Shown here: positions 20,450 through 30,390 of the stretch, in pieces | Layout: each line of letters starts with the position of its first letter | Numbering within the stretch: position 1 is the first letter of the stretch | NCBI GenBank assembly: GCA_963663475.2 | Contig: CAXXJV010000001.1 | Coordinates: forward strand, 2,400,001-2,464,000 | Reading direction: 5' to 3' | Origin: Candidatus Cloacimonadales bacterium | Lineage (GTDB): Bacteria > Cloacimonadota > Cloacimonadia > Cloacimonadales > JAFGVF01 | Length of the DNA stretch: 64,000 nucleotides | The notes under the pieces: generated by a model | Told to the model about the DNA's origin: nothing | Database searches by the model: none | What the model saw: only the letters and a program-made list of their open reading frames with translations | Position numbers and translations under genes: made by a program

Positions 20450-21952
20450 ATGAAAAAAATAATACTAATAATAGCAATGCTACAGTTTATAAATATTCTT
20501 CTATTTGCTTGTGATATGTTCATGTTACAAGCTATAGACCAGGCACCTTTCTTAACATATCCTAGTTTAAATGGGAATTTTAATGATCCCTATGATTACT
20601 TTGAAGATTTCAAGTCTCTAGCTGATGGTTCTTCAGGCAATAGAGATGGATATGGAATTGTAGCTTATACCATAGATAGTGAAATAGTAAGTAGAGATTA
20701 TATCTGGTATAAGACTGGTATGGGCAATCATTTTGATGCAAACAATCCAGATGAAGCTCTTTATCAAGCAATGAATATTCTTTATGATAATCCTAATATT
20801 GAAAGAGTTTTCGTCCATGCTAGATCTGGTACTGGCGGACAGGGCAGTCATCCATTCATCTTCAATCATAATAATAAGACTTATACTTTCATGCACAATG
20901 GCTATATTTTTAATAATGCCAAAAGAGAATTAATGAATTTCTTAGGTGAGGAGTGGTTCCAAGAATATCCATCTCAATGGTATGGTGAATATGGAGATAC
21001 TTATTCTTTTATTGATAGTGAATTAATTTTTCATTACCTTATAAAGTATATTATCCAATATCCTGAAGATATTTCAAAAGCTTTGAGTATGGCCTTTACT
21101 AACAAGCGAGTAGGTAATATTGATATGGAGTATATGTTCAAGTATAACAATTCTGCTATTCTTAATTTTGTTTTATCTGATGGAATAGATTCCTATGTAT
21201 ATCGCTCTTCTCGCCTATTAGGAACATCCTATAATCTATCCTATCAAGTTTATCCTAATAACTTTCTGGCGATAAAAACCAATACTAATCTAGAAAACAC
21301 AATAGCAAAAAATCAAATGCTTAAATTTTCAAGCTCAGGCCTAATTGATACCTTAAGTCTATCCCCTATCTTACAAACTAATTTTATAAGTAAATATGTG
21401 GAAAAATTAGATAATAATGAATTTAGGTTAAACTGGGAAATTCTTTCAAATCCTAACATTAATAGCTTCAATATCTATCGTTCCAGTAATCGTGATTTCT
21501 CTAATTCAGAGAAAATATCATCCCTAATACCCACTTCACCTAATCAATCTACATTTTCCATTACAGATACATATTCAGCAAGTCAAGACCACTATTACTG
21601 GATAGAGGTTGTCTTTTTAGACAGTTTTAGTGAACTTACATCAAACATTCCATCAGACCAACAAGCTGAACCACCAATTGTTGTTGAAACTTCTGAGATC
21701 ATCTCTTTGTATCCAAATCCCTTTAAAGAAAAATTAAATATTTCTATTGATAGTCAAAATGATTATAAAATTAAAATTTACAATTTAAAAGGTCAGTTAA
21801 TTGATAAGTTACTTTATGAAGGTGAAAAAAATAATCCTCTTATTTGGAACACAGAAAATATTAAGAACCATAAACTTCCTAATGGAATCTACATTCTCAA
21901 GCTTTCAAATGGAGGTAAAAATCAAAGCAGAAAAGTAATGAAAATTAATTAA
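20450..21952 (+). CDS. Secreted class II glutamine amidotransferase-like (Ntn hydrolase) protein with T9SS-like C-terminal domain
   Basis: Signal peptide then CDMF; NRDGYG, HAR, HPF, FMHNG, DSE motifs; C-terminal YPNPF..IYNLKGQ..GIYILK. Confidence 0.8.
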   Translation: MKKIILIIAMLQFINILLFACDMFMLQAIDQAPFLTYPSLNGNFNDPYDYFEDFKSLADGSSGNRDGYGIVAYTIDSEIVSRDYIWYKTGMGNHFDANNPDEALYQAMNILYDNPNIERVFVHARSGTGGQGSHPFIFNHNNKTYTFMHNGYIFNNAKRELMNFLGEEWFQEYPSQWYGEYGDTYSFIDSELIFHYLIKYIIQYPEDISKALSMAFTNKRVGNIDMEYMFKYNNSAILNFVLSDGIDSYVYRSSRLLGTSYNLSYQVYPNNFLAIKTNTNLENTIAKNQMLKFSSSGLIDTLSLSPILQTNFISKYVEKLDNNEFRLNWEILSNPNINSFNIYRSSNRDFSNSEKISSLIPTSPNQSTFSITDTYSASQDHYYWIEVVFLDSFSELTSNIPSDQQAEPPIVVETSEIISLYPNPFKEKLNISIDSQNDYKIKIYNLKGQLIDKLLYEGEKNNPLIWNTENIKNHKLPNGIYILKLSNGGKNQSRKVMKIN

Positions 21953-22100
21953 TATTAAAGTAAACTTGCTTTCCAATATTTTTGTAATCTTAGTCAATAG
22001 CTTTTGATATTAATTATTGATGTTAATATTATTAAAAATTATACTTGACATTAAATAACACATTTGAATATTATTTTTAAAAATATAGGAGGGCATAATA

Positions 22101-23372
22101 ATGACCTGTTCTAGAAAAGTATTCTTTTTGATTATACTTATTTTTATAAGTATATCTTTATCAGCCGTAAATGTTGGAACTAATCGAGATAATATCCTTT
22201 TAAATTACCAAATTTTTCTTCAAAATGAGACTTTCCCCAAAGAATATCTTCTATCACAAAGAGACAATTTATATCAACCAGATATGGATTCTTTTTATTA
22301 TAGGACAAGCGAACCTAATGAAGAGCCTGTTTTTGCCCCTATAGCTGTAATAGATTACTCCTACTCTGATGATGGTAAGTTGTTATCAACTTCAAATTAT
22401 AATCAACATGTAGGTGGCCAAATCATTCTTTATTCAATCTATAATTATGATTATGAAGATGATTTATTAAAAACTATTGCTCTTGAATCCTACGAAGAGT
22501 TTGAAATACTCATGAATACTACTTATCATAACTATTATTACGATGATAATAATCTTATTGACTTCATATCTAAAACTATGGAAGATGAAGTGGTCTTTGA
22601 GATAGAAGATTACACTTTCAATGATAATGATCTTATAGCAAGAATTGATTACTTTGATGGTAATAATGAGTATATTTCTACTAGTGTCATAGATTATATG
22701 CTTTTTGAGTATGATGACTACTCAAGATTAAGTTCTGTAAAATCATGTAAAATCTATCCTGATAATCAAATTTCTATCAGAAGTCAGTCATATTTTTCCT
22801 ATAATTCCCATGGAAATATTACATCTATTGTTATTGGAGATTCTACTTCTTATAATTATAATGTGCATGAATATTCTTATGATGAAAATAATCTTTTAAC
22901 TAAAATAGACCATTATAGTGTAGCTGGCCAAGAATATTCTTTGGTTTATTATCTAGAAATGATTAATGATGAAAATGGGAATAAATGTCGAGAAAATACT
23001 TACTCTTATGCTTCTGACTCTGATATTCCTTACTGTTCTTCCTATATTACTACAAGTTACTTAGCATTTGTAGCTAATAATAATGTAGAAATCAATCCTG
23101 ACACTAATCTCAGGAACTATCCAAATCCTTTTAATCCTGTTACAACAATTTCTTTCAACTTACAAGCTTTGAATAATCCCTCTTTAACAGTATATAACCT
23201 AAAAGGGCAGCTTGTTAAATCATTCAAAAGTCATAATTACCACTTAGGAGAAAATAAAGTTATCTGGGATGGCAAGGATAATAATGGTAAGAATGTTGCC
23301 TCTGGCCTATACTTCTACCATCTTAAAACAGACTCTTTTACAAAAACAAACAAGATGATATTAATGAAATAG
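22101..23372 (+). CDS. Secreted acidic Tyr/Asp-repeat protein with FlgD-Ig/T9SS-like C-terminal domain
   Basis: Repeated Y.YD..G/N.L motifs; NYPNPFNP..VYNLKGQLVK..WDGKD..SGLYFY; GGAGG RBS. Confidence 0.75.
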   Translation: MTCSRKVFFLIILIFISISLSAVNVGTNRDNILLNYQIFLQNETFPKEYLLSQRDNLYQPDMDSFYYRTSEPNEEPVFAPIAVIDYSYSDDGKLLSTSNYNQHVGGQIILYSIYNYDYEDDLLKTIALESYEEFEILMNTTYHNYYYDDNNLIDFISKTMEDEVVFEIEDYTFNDNDLIARIDYFDGNNEYISTSVIDYMLFEYDDYSRLSSVKSCKIYPDNQISIRSQSYFSYNSHGNITSIVIGDSTSYNYNVHEYSYDENNLLTKIDHYSVAGQEYSLVYYLEMINDENGNKCRENTYSYASDSDIPYCSSYITTSYLAFVANNNVEINPDTNLRNYPNPFNPVTTISFNLQALNNPSLTVYNLKGQLVKSFKSHNYHLGENKVIWDGKDNNGKNVASGLYFYHLKTDSFTKTNKMILMK

Positions 23373-23447
23373 AATAAAAAAAGCTTGTCTAAATCTCTCT
23401 CTAAAATTTCTCTACAACAAATGATTTTTTAGCGGAGAGATTTTTTT

Positions 23448-24380
23448 ATGTACACAAAAAACACACTAGTCCTTGATGAAATGCCTGATTATTTTTGGCA
23501 GCAAGTAAAAAATAATGGATATGAAGTTTTTTTCACAAGTGAAAAACTTCTTTTTTCTGAAGATATTGAGATAATTATTCTGAGAACTAAGTCTGTTATT
23601 ACAGAATCTCATTATAAAAGATTCCCAAATCTAAAATGCATCATACGAGCTGGTTCAGGCTATGATAATATTGATGTAATAAAGGCTAAAGACTATAATA
23701 TTCATGTTCAAAACACACCTCAAGCAAACGTTAATTCAGCCTTTGAACATACCCTAAGCTTAATTTTTTCTTTAATAAAACATCACAAACCCCATAACGA
23801 AAATGTCTTGAATAATCAATGGAGAAATGGAATAGATTCTAACCTAGAAATATCAGATTTACGAGTTCTTGTTGTTGGTTTTGGTCGAGTAGGTTCTTTA
23901 GTGGGTAAGTTCTTCAAAGGTATGGGAGGACAGGTTCGATTTGTTGATCCATATATTGATGCAAATAGTGTAGAAAAAGAAGGAATAAGTGCCACAAGCT
24001 ATGAAGAAGGTCTTTCTTGGGCTAATTTAATAACCTATCATTGTCCATTATATGCTAAAACTGAACACTATTTTGATAAAACAAGTCTTAACTTTATAAA
24101 TAAAGTCTTCATAATAAATGCTGCTCGAGGTGGTATTCTTGATATAGATGCCCTTAATCAAGGAATTAAGGAGGGAAAAGTTCTGGGAGCTGGAATTGAT
24201 GTTATGGAGAATGAACCATGGCAATGTGAAGGCTGGGAAGATAATCCTAAAATTCTTATGACACCTCATACTGGAGCCTTAACAGAAGATGCTAAAATTC
24301 GTTTATCTAAAGAAGCCTATGATGTTTGGGAGCAATTCAACTTTCACAAAAAGCTGATAGCTCCTATCAGGATCTGGTAG
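23448..24380 (+). CDS. D-isomer-specific 2-hydroxyacid dehydrogenase (SerA-like, no ACT domain)
   Basis: RAGSGYDNID, GFGRVG, INAARG, DV.ENEP, TPH. Confidence 0.88.
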   Translation: MYTKNTLVLDEMPDYFWQQVKNNGYEVFFTSEKLLFSEDIEIIILRTKSVITESHYKRFPNLKCIIRAGSGYDNIDVIKAKDYNIHVQNTPQANVNSAFEHTLSLIFSLIKHHKPHNENVLNNQWRNGIDSNLEISDLRVLVVGFGRVGSLVGKFFKGMGGQVRFVDPYIDANSVEKEGISATSYEEGLSWANLITYHCPLYAKTEHYFDKTSLNFINKVFIINAARGGILDIDALNQGIKEGKVLGAGIDVMENEPWQCEGWEDNPKILMTPHTGALTEDAKIRLSKEAYDVWEQFNFHKKLIAPIRIW

Positions 24381-24444
24381 ATTATTTTCTTGACTAAATT
24401 AAGAAAAATATAAATTTTAGTAGCAAACTCTTAAAGGAGACTAA

Positions 24445-25632
24445 ATGAAAAAATATTTGTTATCATCTTTTATGATAATTATGATATCTATAATAGGGGC
24501 TCAATCTCACTTTTTTGATATGCGGGTTGGAGATTTTGGTTGTATTACCAGACTTGTTTTTGAGTTCACAGGAAAGGTTGATTACACTAGCAGTGAAAAT
24601 GATAATAGGCTAGCTATAAAGATAAATTCTTTGAAAGAAAGTCGTATCATTTTACCAGTGGAGTCTTCAAATAATATTCAAGAAATCCAGCTTGTGGAAA
24701 GTAAGAACACAGCAGATATTAATATTGACTTTATTTATCCTATCGAAGTTAGTTCATATGCCTATTACAAGGAAAATAAGAACTATATAATTGTTTTTGA
24801 TATTTATGATAAAGCTTATCACGTTGATAAAGAAAAAGGACTAACCAGTCTTTTGTTTAAAGGACAAAAATTTTCACTTGAAAGCTATGATTCTACCATC
24901 AATGAGTTCTCTGCTAAATACCCAAATGACCCCCTAGTAAATTTCTATTTAGGCCGTTTATATGCAACTAATACCACAATGAAGGATAAGGCAATATCTT
25001 TCTTTTCCCAAGTTGATTCCACTTCAGAATTCTATTTTACTGCCCAAGCCTATATTGATAACTTACAAAAGAATAAATTTCCAAGTGGAGAAATAAAACC
25101 TGATTTTCTTATCCCAGCTGATAGTTTAAATTCTACTATTGCAGAGTCTAAGCTGATGGCGGATAGCATGAATACACCAATGAAAGATAATGATCTTGGA
25201 CAAGATGATAATTCATCTAACAAGGAAACAAGAAATAAACAAAGCATTAAAGAAAATACTTCAGATAATATTCAAAACAAGGAAAACACTAGAGAAGAAG
25301 CAGGACTTACCAGCGAAGAAGATATTCAAACTAATATTATTTTGCTAACTGCTTTTATTGTATCTTTAATTTTCAGTCTATTCCTCTTATTTAAAAATTT
25401 AAGAAAAAATATCCAATTAAAAGAATTACAGGCAAAACTAGAAAATAGTGAGTATGAACTTAAAGCGTTAGCAAATAAACTTGAAAAAGGCATTATTGAG
25501 AACAGTAAAACAAAAGATAGAATGATAATCAAGCTTTTTAATAGTGGCTGGAAAGCAGAAGATATTGCTAAAGAACTAAACACTCCTTTAGATATTATCA
25601 ATGCAACGATAAATAAGGAAGGACATCTCTAA
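24445..25632 (+). CDS. Single-pass membrane protein: periplasmic AMIN-like/TPR region, TM, coiled coil, C-terminal HTH-like motif
   Basis: Signal peptide; TRLVFEF AMIN-like strand; TM IILLTAFIVSLIFSLFLLF; GWKAEDIAKELN. Confidence 0.55.
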   Translation: MKKYLLSSFMIIMISIIGAQSHFFDMRVGDFGCITRLVFEFTGKVDYTSSENDNRLAIKINSLKESRIILPVESSNNIQEIQLVESKNTADINIDFIYPIEVSSYAYYKENKNYIIVFDIYDKAYHVDKEKGLTSLLFKGQKFSLESYDSTINEFSAKYPNDPLVNFYLGRLYATNTTMKDKAISFFSQVDSTSEFYFTAQAYIDNLQKNKFPSGEIKPDFLIPADSLNSTIAESKLMADSMNTPMKDNDLGQDDNSSNKETRNKQSIKENTSDNIQNKENTREEAGLTSEEDIQTNIILLTAFIVSLIFSLFLLFKNLRKNIQLKELQAKLENSEYELKALANKLEKGIIENSKTKDRMIIKLFNSGWKAEDIAKELNTPLDIINATINKEGHL

Positions 25633-27149
25633 TGATAAAAAAAATTCTTTGCATTAGCTTCATGCTTGTAATATTCTCCATTTGGGCATTTGATGACCTA
25701 ACTTCTAAAGGGGTATCAAGTCCTTATAATAAGGCATTTACTGGAGAAAACTATCAAACAAACTACAAGGTTACAAGTTCCTTAACTACTTATGATTTTC
25801 CATTACATAAACCTCTACTCTCTAATTTAGGAAGAACTTTAACTAACTATTTTATCGCAAAAGATAAAAAACAGTCCCTCTTACTTTACCAAGAAAATGG
25901 GAGACAAGTTGAAGGCCATGTTTTTGGAGGCTTAGAATACTATCAAAATAACGATTCTGATTATTACATTTTACCCTACTATGGTTTTGAAGTAAAAGCT
26001 AAGTATAAATCCCTCTCTTTGGCTGGTAAATGGTGGAAAGGTCATACTAATAAAAATAATGACTATGCTAATAGTAATTATCTCATAAACTCTTGGGTCC
26101 AAAGAGATGATAATATGATTTATATAGATAAAATCCAAGGTGAGATTAAGTATGACATAGCAGATTTTGGTTATCTAGCCTTAAAAAGAGGTAAATTAGA
26201 TATTGCCAGTAATATTGGTGGCTCAATAATCTTAAATGATGAAAAAACTAATGATTACACTTATCTAAACTACCATTACAAGTTTGGTGATTTTTCATTA
26301 GACTTTGCCCATGCCTCTCTTATTGCTGATAGTATTAATACTAGTGGACTTGGCTCAATATCCAAGACTGATGCTCCTGATAAATATCTTGCCTTACATA
26401 GATTTGGCTGGAGACCTTCTGATAATTTCTTCATTTTTGTAGGAGAAGAAATCTTTTATGGAAATAGAAATATTGATTATAATTACTTCCTTCCTGTAGG
26501 TTTTTGGAGAATTACTGAGCATAATCAAGCCGATCGCGATAATATCCTAATTTTCGCTGGAACAGATTATTCTCCTTTTAAAAACCTTTCCTTCTATACT
26601 AATATAATCTTTGATGAACTTTCCAAGAGTAAAATTTTCACTTCCTGGTGGGGTAATAAATATGCCCTACAAACAGGTCTAATGCAGAAAAATATCTACA
26701 CATCTCCCCTCTTTACCTGTAAACATGCTGGCCTAGAATTTACAGCTATCAGACCCTGGATATATACTCATAAATACTTATATACAAAGGCTTCTAATGA
26801 CAACAATCCCCTTGGCTTTGCTGATGGGTCAAATTTACTAAAATACACCTTGGATACTTCATTAGCTTTCTTTAATAATAATATAAATTGGAATATCAAT
26901 GCCTCATATATGCGACAAGGTAGTCAAGGCAACAACTTTTCATTGAATTATGAATATGAAATTGATGACACTGATAATGCAAAAGCTTCCTGGTTAGAAG
27001 GCGAAATTACTGATACTTATAGATTAAAACAAGAGTTAGATTTTTCCTTCCTCTACAGTCATAGAATTAAACTATCTTATGAGTTGAGTAAAATAAGAAA
27101 AAGCTCTTCAGAGTCTGAAATTGTTATAGGCTATCAAACTAGATTCTAA
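25632..27149 (+). CDS. Outer-membrane beta-barrel, capsule assembly Wzi-like
   Basis: Signal peptide; KYLALHR, DNIL, IRPWIYTH, PLG..G; terminal YQTRF. Confidence 0.6.
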   Translation: MIKKILCISFMLVIFSIWAFDDLTSKGVSSPYNKAFTGENYQTNYKVTSSLTTYDFPLHKPLLSNLGRTLTNYFIAKDKKQSLLLYQENGRQVEGHVFGGLEYYQNNDSDYYILPYYGFEVKAKYKSLSLAGKWWKGHTNKNNDYANSNYLINSWVQRDDNMIYIDKIQGEIKYDIADFGYLALKRGKLDIASNIGGSIILNDEKTNDYTYLNYHYKFGDFSLDFAHASLIADSINTSGLGSISKTDAPDKYLALHRFGWRPSDNFFIFVGEEIFYGNRNIDYNYFLPVGFWRITEHNQADRDNILIFAGTDYSPFKNLSFYTNIIFDELSKSKIFTSWWGNKYALQTGLMQKNIYTSPLFTCKHAGLEFTAIRPWIYTHKYLYTKASNDNNPLGFADGSNLLKYTLDTSLAFFNNNINWNINASYMRQGSQGNNFSLNYEYEIDDTDNAKASWLEGEITDTYRLKQELDFSFLYSHRIKLSYELSKIRKSSSESEIVIGYQTRF

Positions 27150-27154
27150 ACAAA

Positions 27155-28198
27155 ATGACCATAATCTTTTTAATTTTTCTGATCATAACCTTTGTTCATA
27201 TTATTCTAGGACTGGCTCTTTTCCGCCAATATCCCACAATTAATGATTATCTGCATAGCTTTTCAATAGTTGTAGTGGCTCATAATGAAGAACAAATGCT
27301 TAGCCCTCTTCTTGAATCTCTCTTAGCTATAGATTATCCTGTGGAAAAACTTGAAATAATCCTAGTTGATGATTTGTCAACAGACAGTACTTTTTCACTT
27401 ATTGCTGATTATGCTAGTAAATATCCATTTATCAAAGCTATCATAACTGATCAGAAGTATTCAGATTATAAGGGTAAAAAAGCTGGACTACAAACAGCTC
27501 TAGATCTAGCTCAGAATGAAATTGTAGTTTTTACTGATGCAGATGCTCTTGTTCCTAAACAATGGCTAAAAAGCCATAACTCCCTGTTCACCTCTCAAAC
27601 AGGAATGGTTATCGGCTATATTAGAGGAGAAAATATCAAAGGCTTAAAGCGCTACAAAAGAATCTTCTCATCTGGACTTTTTGCTTCCTTATGCAGTCTG
27701 GGATCAGCATTTTCCTGTTCTGGTGGAAATTTAGCTATTAGGAGACTTGCTCTCAAGCAAGTAGATGGTTATGCAAGTATAAAAGACTTCCCTTCTGGTG
27801 ATGACAAACAAATGCTAAATTTGATTAAAGCAAGTAAATACAAGATTGCTTATAATTCGCAAATAAAAGTTATCGAAAGACAAAGAAACCTAACTTCTGA
27901 ACAAGCTTATCAACAAGCTATCAGACACTATGGAAAAGTTGCAATTTCAAGTAAGACTTATCAAATTGGCTTTATTATAACAAGCCTTTTTTATCTATCT
28001 ATCCCTGTGATTGTCTTTTTTCAGCCTTCAATCTTATTTCTATTTTGGTTAGGAAATATATTCTTTTACTTTTGTGCCTCTTTGCTTCATAAAGAAAAGA
28101 TTTATCTGGAAGATATTTTTCTTACCATCATTTATCCATATTATATGTTATATTTTTCCTGTTTAGGAACATTCACTGAGGCAAAATGGAAAAAGTAA
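27155..28198 (+). CDS. Glycosyltransferase family 2, membrane-bound
   Basis: VVAHNEE, DDLSTD, TDAD, GDD motifs; N- and C-terminal TM helices. Confidence 0.9.
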   Translation: MTIIFLIFLIITFVHIILGLALFRQYPTINDYLHSFSIVVVAHNEEQMLSPLLESLLAIDYPVEKLEIILVDDLSTDSTFSLIADYASKYPFIKAIITDQKYSDYKGKKAGLQTALDLAQNEIVVFTDADALVPKQWLKSHNSLFTSQTGMVIGYIRGENIKGLKRYKRIFSSGLFASLCSLGSAFSCSGGNLAIRRLALKQVDGYASIKDFPSGDDKQMLNLIKASKYKIAYNSQIKVIERQRNLTSEQAYQQAIRHYGKVAISSKTYQIGFIITSLFYLSIPVIVFFQPSILFLFWLGNIFFYFCASLLHKEKIYLEDIFLTIIYPYYMLYFSCLGTFTEAKWKK

Positions 28199-29058
28199 AA
28201 AAAAGCATCGGATTCTTTTTGAAAATTTCGATTTCTCTAGTAATCTTAGTTTTTATTTACTCAAAAATTGATATTAATGCTTTTCTTAGCAATATCAAAC
28301 AACTATCATTCATTACTTTAACATTACTCATAATTACAGCCTTATTAAAACATATTACCCAAGGTTTGAACTGGTATTATGCACTAACTATTAATACTAA
28401 ATACAAACCTAGCCTCCATGAAATTATTAAATCCTACTTGATAGGTCTTTCATTAGGCTTTGTCTTACCTGGTGGTCACGCTACCTATGGTAAAATGTAT
28501 TTTATCCAAAATTCCAAAAAAGCTACTTTTGCTTCTGTCTTGATTGAGAAGTTTTTCCAAACTTGGGGAAATCTCTTTTATGCTTCTTTTGCAGTAATTT
28601 ACTTCTTTAAAGATCTAGCCTTTTGGTTAAAATTATTTATACCTCTAACTGTTACCATCTCTCCCCTTCTTTTACTAGCCTTTATCTATTTTATCCCAAA
28701 ATTTAGAATCCATCTACCTGTTCTTAAGAAAATCTTTCCTAAAATAATACTTTCTCAAATGATTTATATCCCACTTACCATTGTTCAGTATTGGTTAATT
28801 TTAATCTCATTTACAGATATATCCTTTTTCCACACCTGTATTTCAACAACATTAATCTTATCATCGAATGTTATTCCAATAACATTTTCAGGTTTAGGAC
28901 TCAGAGAATATTTTGCTATAAAAGTTCTTGCCCAATATGGTATTACTAATACTGCTGCAGTAACTGTTGCCCTGCTAATCTTCTTCATTAATATGCTATT
29001 ACCAGCTCTCATCGGAGTTATCTACATAATCAATCATAAAAAAAATGATAATCTTTAG
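28186..29058 (+). CDS. Lysylphosphatidylglycerol synthase TM / flippase-like membrane protein
   Basis: Polytopic; LPGG, IEK, IPITFSGLGLRE motifs. Confidence 0.8.
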   Translation: MEKVKKSIGFFLKISISLVILVFIYSKIDINAFLSNIKQLSFITLTLLIITALLKHITQGLNWYYALTINTKYKPSLHEIIKSYLIGLSLGFVLPGGHATYGKMYFIQNSKKATFASVLIEKFFQTWGNLFYASFAVIYFFKDLAFWLKLFIPLTVTISPLLLLAFIYFIPKFRIHLPVLKKIFPKIILSQMIYIPLTIVQYWLILISFTDISFFHTCISTTLILSSNVIPITFSGLGLREYFAIKVLAQYGITNTAAVTVALLIFFINMLLPALIGVIYIINHKKNDNL

Positions 29059-29462
29059 TAATTCGTCTATAACTCACTCCAACATGACTTTATAAACTAA
29101 CTATCCATTTACTGAAAATTCTTGTCCACTTTTTGGAGGGATACATTATTTCTTTATACTCTATTAGGCCTCTATTAAGGGTTCATTACTTCTCCATTAG
29201 CTTTATAACTAATAGCCCCCTGATAGATAAGATATATTGGAGTAATCTACATTACATGAACTTACATAGATAAAAGAGGTGTCTTAACCTTGCATAAGAT
29301 TTGCTTATAGGCAATTAAATTATACTGTCTGCTTTTCATTATCTTAGATTATCTAATGCTGTAATTAACTTACCGACTTCTCTCTGAATCAATTTAACTT
29401 GACAGATTAATACCTCTAAATTAATTAAATTACTTATGATTATTACGTAAATTGGAGATATA

Positions 29463-29927
29463 ATGTATAACACTATTCAAGGCGAACTTATAGTTCAAGA
29501 AACTGCATTCTGCATTGTTGTAAGTAGGTTCAATGAATTTATTAGCAGCAAGTTACTTTCTGGAGCAATAGACTGTTTGCTACGTCATGGAGCAAATGAA
29601 AAAGACATAACAGTTGTGTGGGTACCAGGAGCTTTTGAAATTCCTGTAACCGCTAAGAAAATTGCTAAGACAAACACTTATCAAGCTATTATTTGTTTAG
29701 GAGCTGTGATTCGTGGAGCTACACCTCATTTTGATTATGTAAGTAATGAAGTAGCTAAAGGCGTTGGAGCTGTTGGTTTAGAATTTGAAACACCAGTGAT
29801 ATTTGGTATTTTAACTACAGACTCAATTGAGCAAGCAATAGAAAGAGCAGGTACAAAAGCTGGTAACAAAGGCTGGGATAGTGCATTAACTGCAATTGAA
29901 ATGACAAATTTATTCCAAAGGATATAG
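29463..29927 (+). CDS. ribH: 6,7-dimethyl-8-ribityllumazine synthase
   Basis: [31 protein letters not shown]. Confidence 0.97.
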   Translation: MYNTIQGELIVQETAFCIVVSRFNEFISSKLLSGAIDCLLRHGANEKDITVVWVPGAFEIPVTAKKIAKTNTYQAIICLGAVIRGATPHFDYVSNEVAKGVGAVGLEFETPVIFGILTTDSIEQAIERAGTKAGNKGWDSALTAIEMTNLFQRI

Positions 29928-29934
29928 TATAAGA

Positions 29935-30390
29935 ATGGGTATGCGGAGAAAAGGAAGAGAAATCTCTTTACAGGTATTGTATGCATTAGACTTTCCAGAT
30001 AAAACAGAAAGTATTGATTCTTACACTGCCTTAAACAACTATGCCGATCAATTAGACAGTTTATGTTTAGAAGCTGATATTAAAAATTCATCTTCAGTCT
30101 ATGAATTTGCCTTAGATTTAGTAAAAAATACACTTCTTAATTTAGATGAGATTGATCAACTAATTAAAGAACAATCTGAAAATTGGGAATTTAGTAGAAT
30201 AGCTCTTGTAGATAAAAATATTCTCAGAATGGCCACTTACGAAATTGTCTATAAAAGGGTACATCCTGCTATTATCATTAATGAAGCAATTGAGATTTCA
30301 AAAAAATATAGCACCGAGAACTCTGGAAGATTTATTAATGGGATTCTAGATTCTATCTTTAAAAAGGTTAAAGAAACATTCAATGAATAA
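29935..30390 (+). CDS. nusB: Transcription antitermination factor NusB
   Basis: RRKGRE, W..SR...DKNILR, INEAIE..K.Y....S.RFINGILD. Confidence 0.95.
   Translation: MGMRRKGREISLQVLYALDFPDKTESIDSYTALNNYADQLDSLCLEADIKNSSSVYEFALDLVKNTLLNLDEIDQLIKEQSENWEFSRIALVDKNILRMATYEIVYKRVHPAIIINEAIEISKKYSTENSGRFINGILDSIFKKVKETFNE

Noticed and set aside
29059-29462. FMN riboswitch upstream of ribH
   Set aside because: No RFN consensus (GGGGCAGGGTGAAATTCCC..) is visible and the region is very AT-rich
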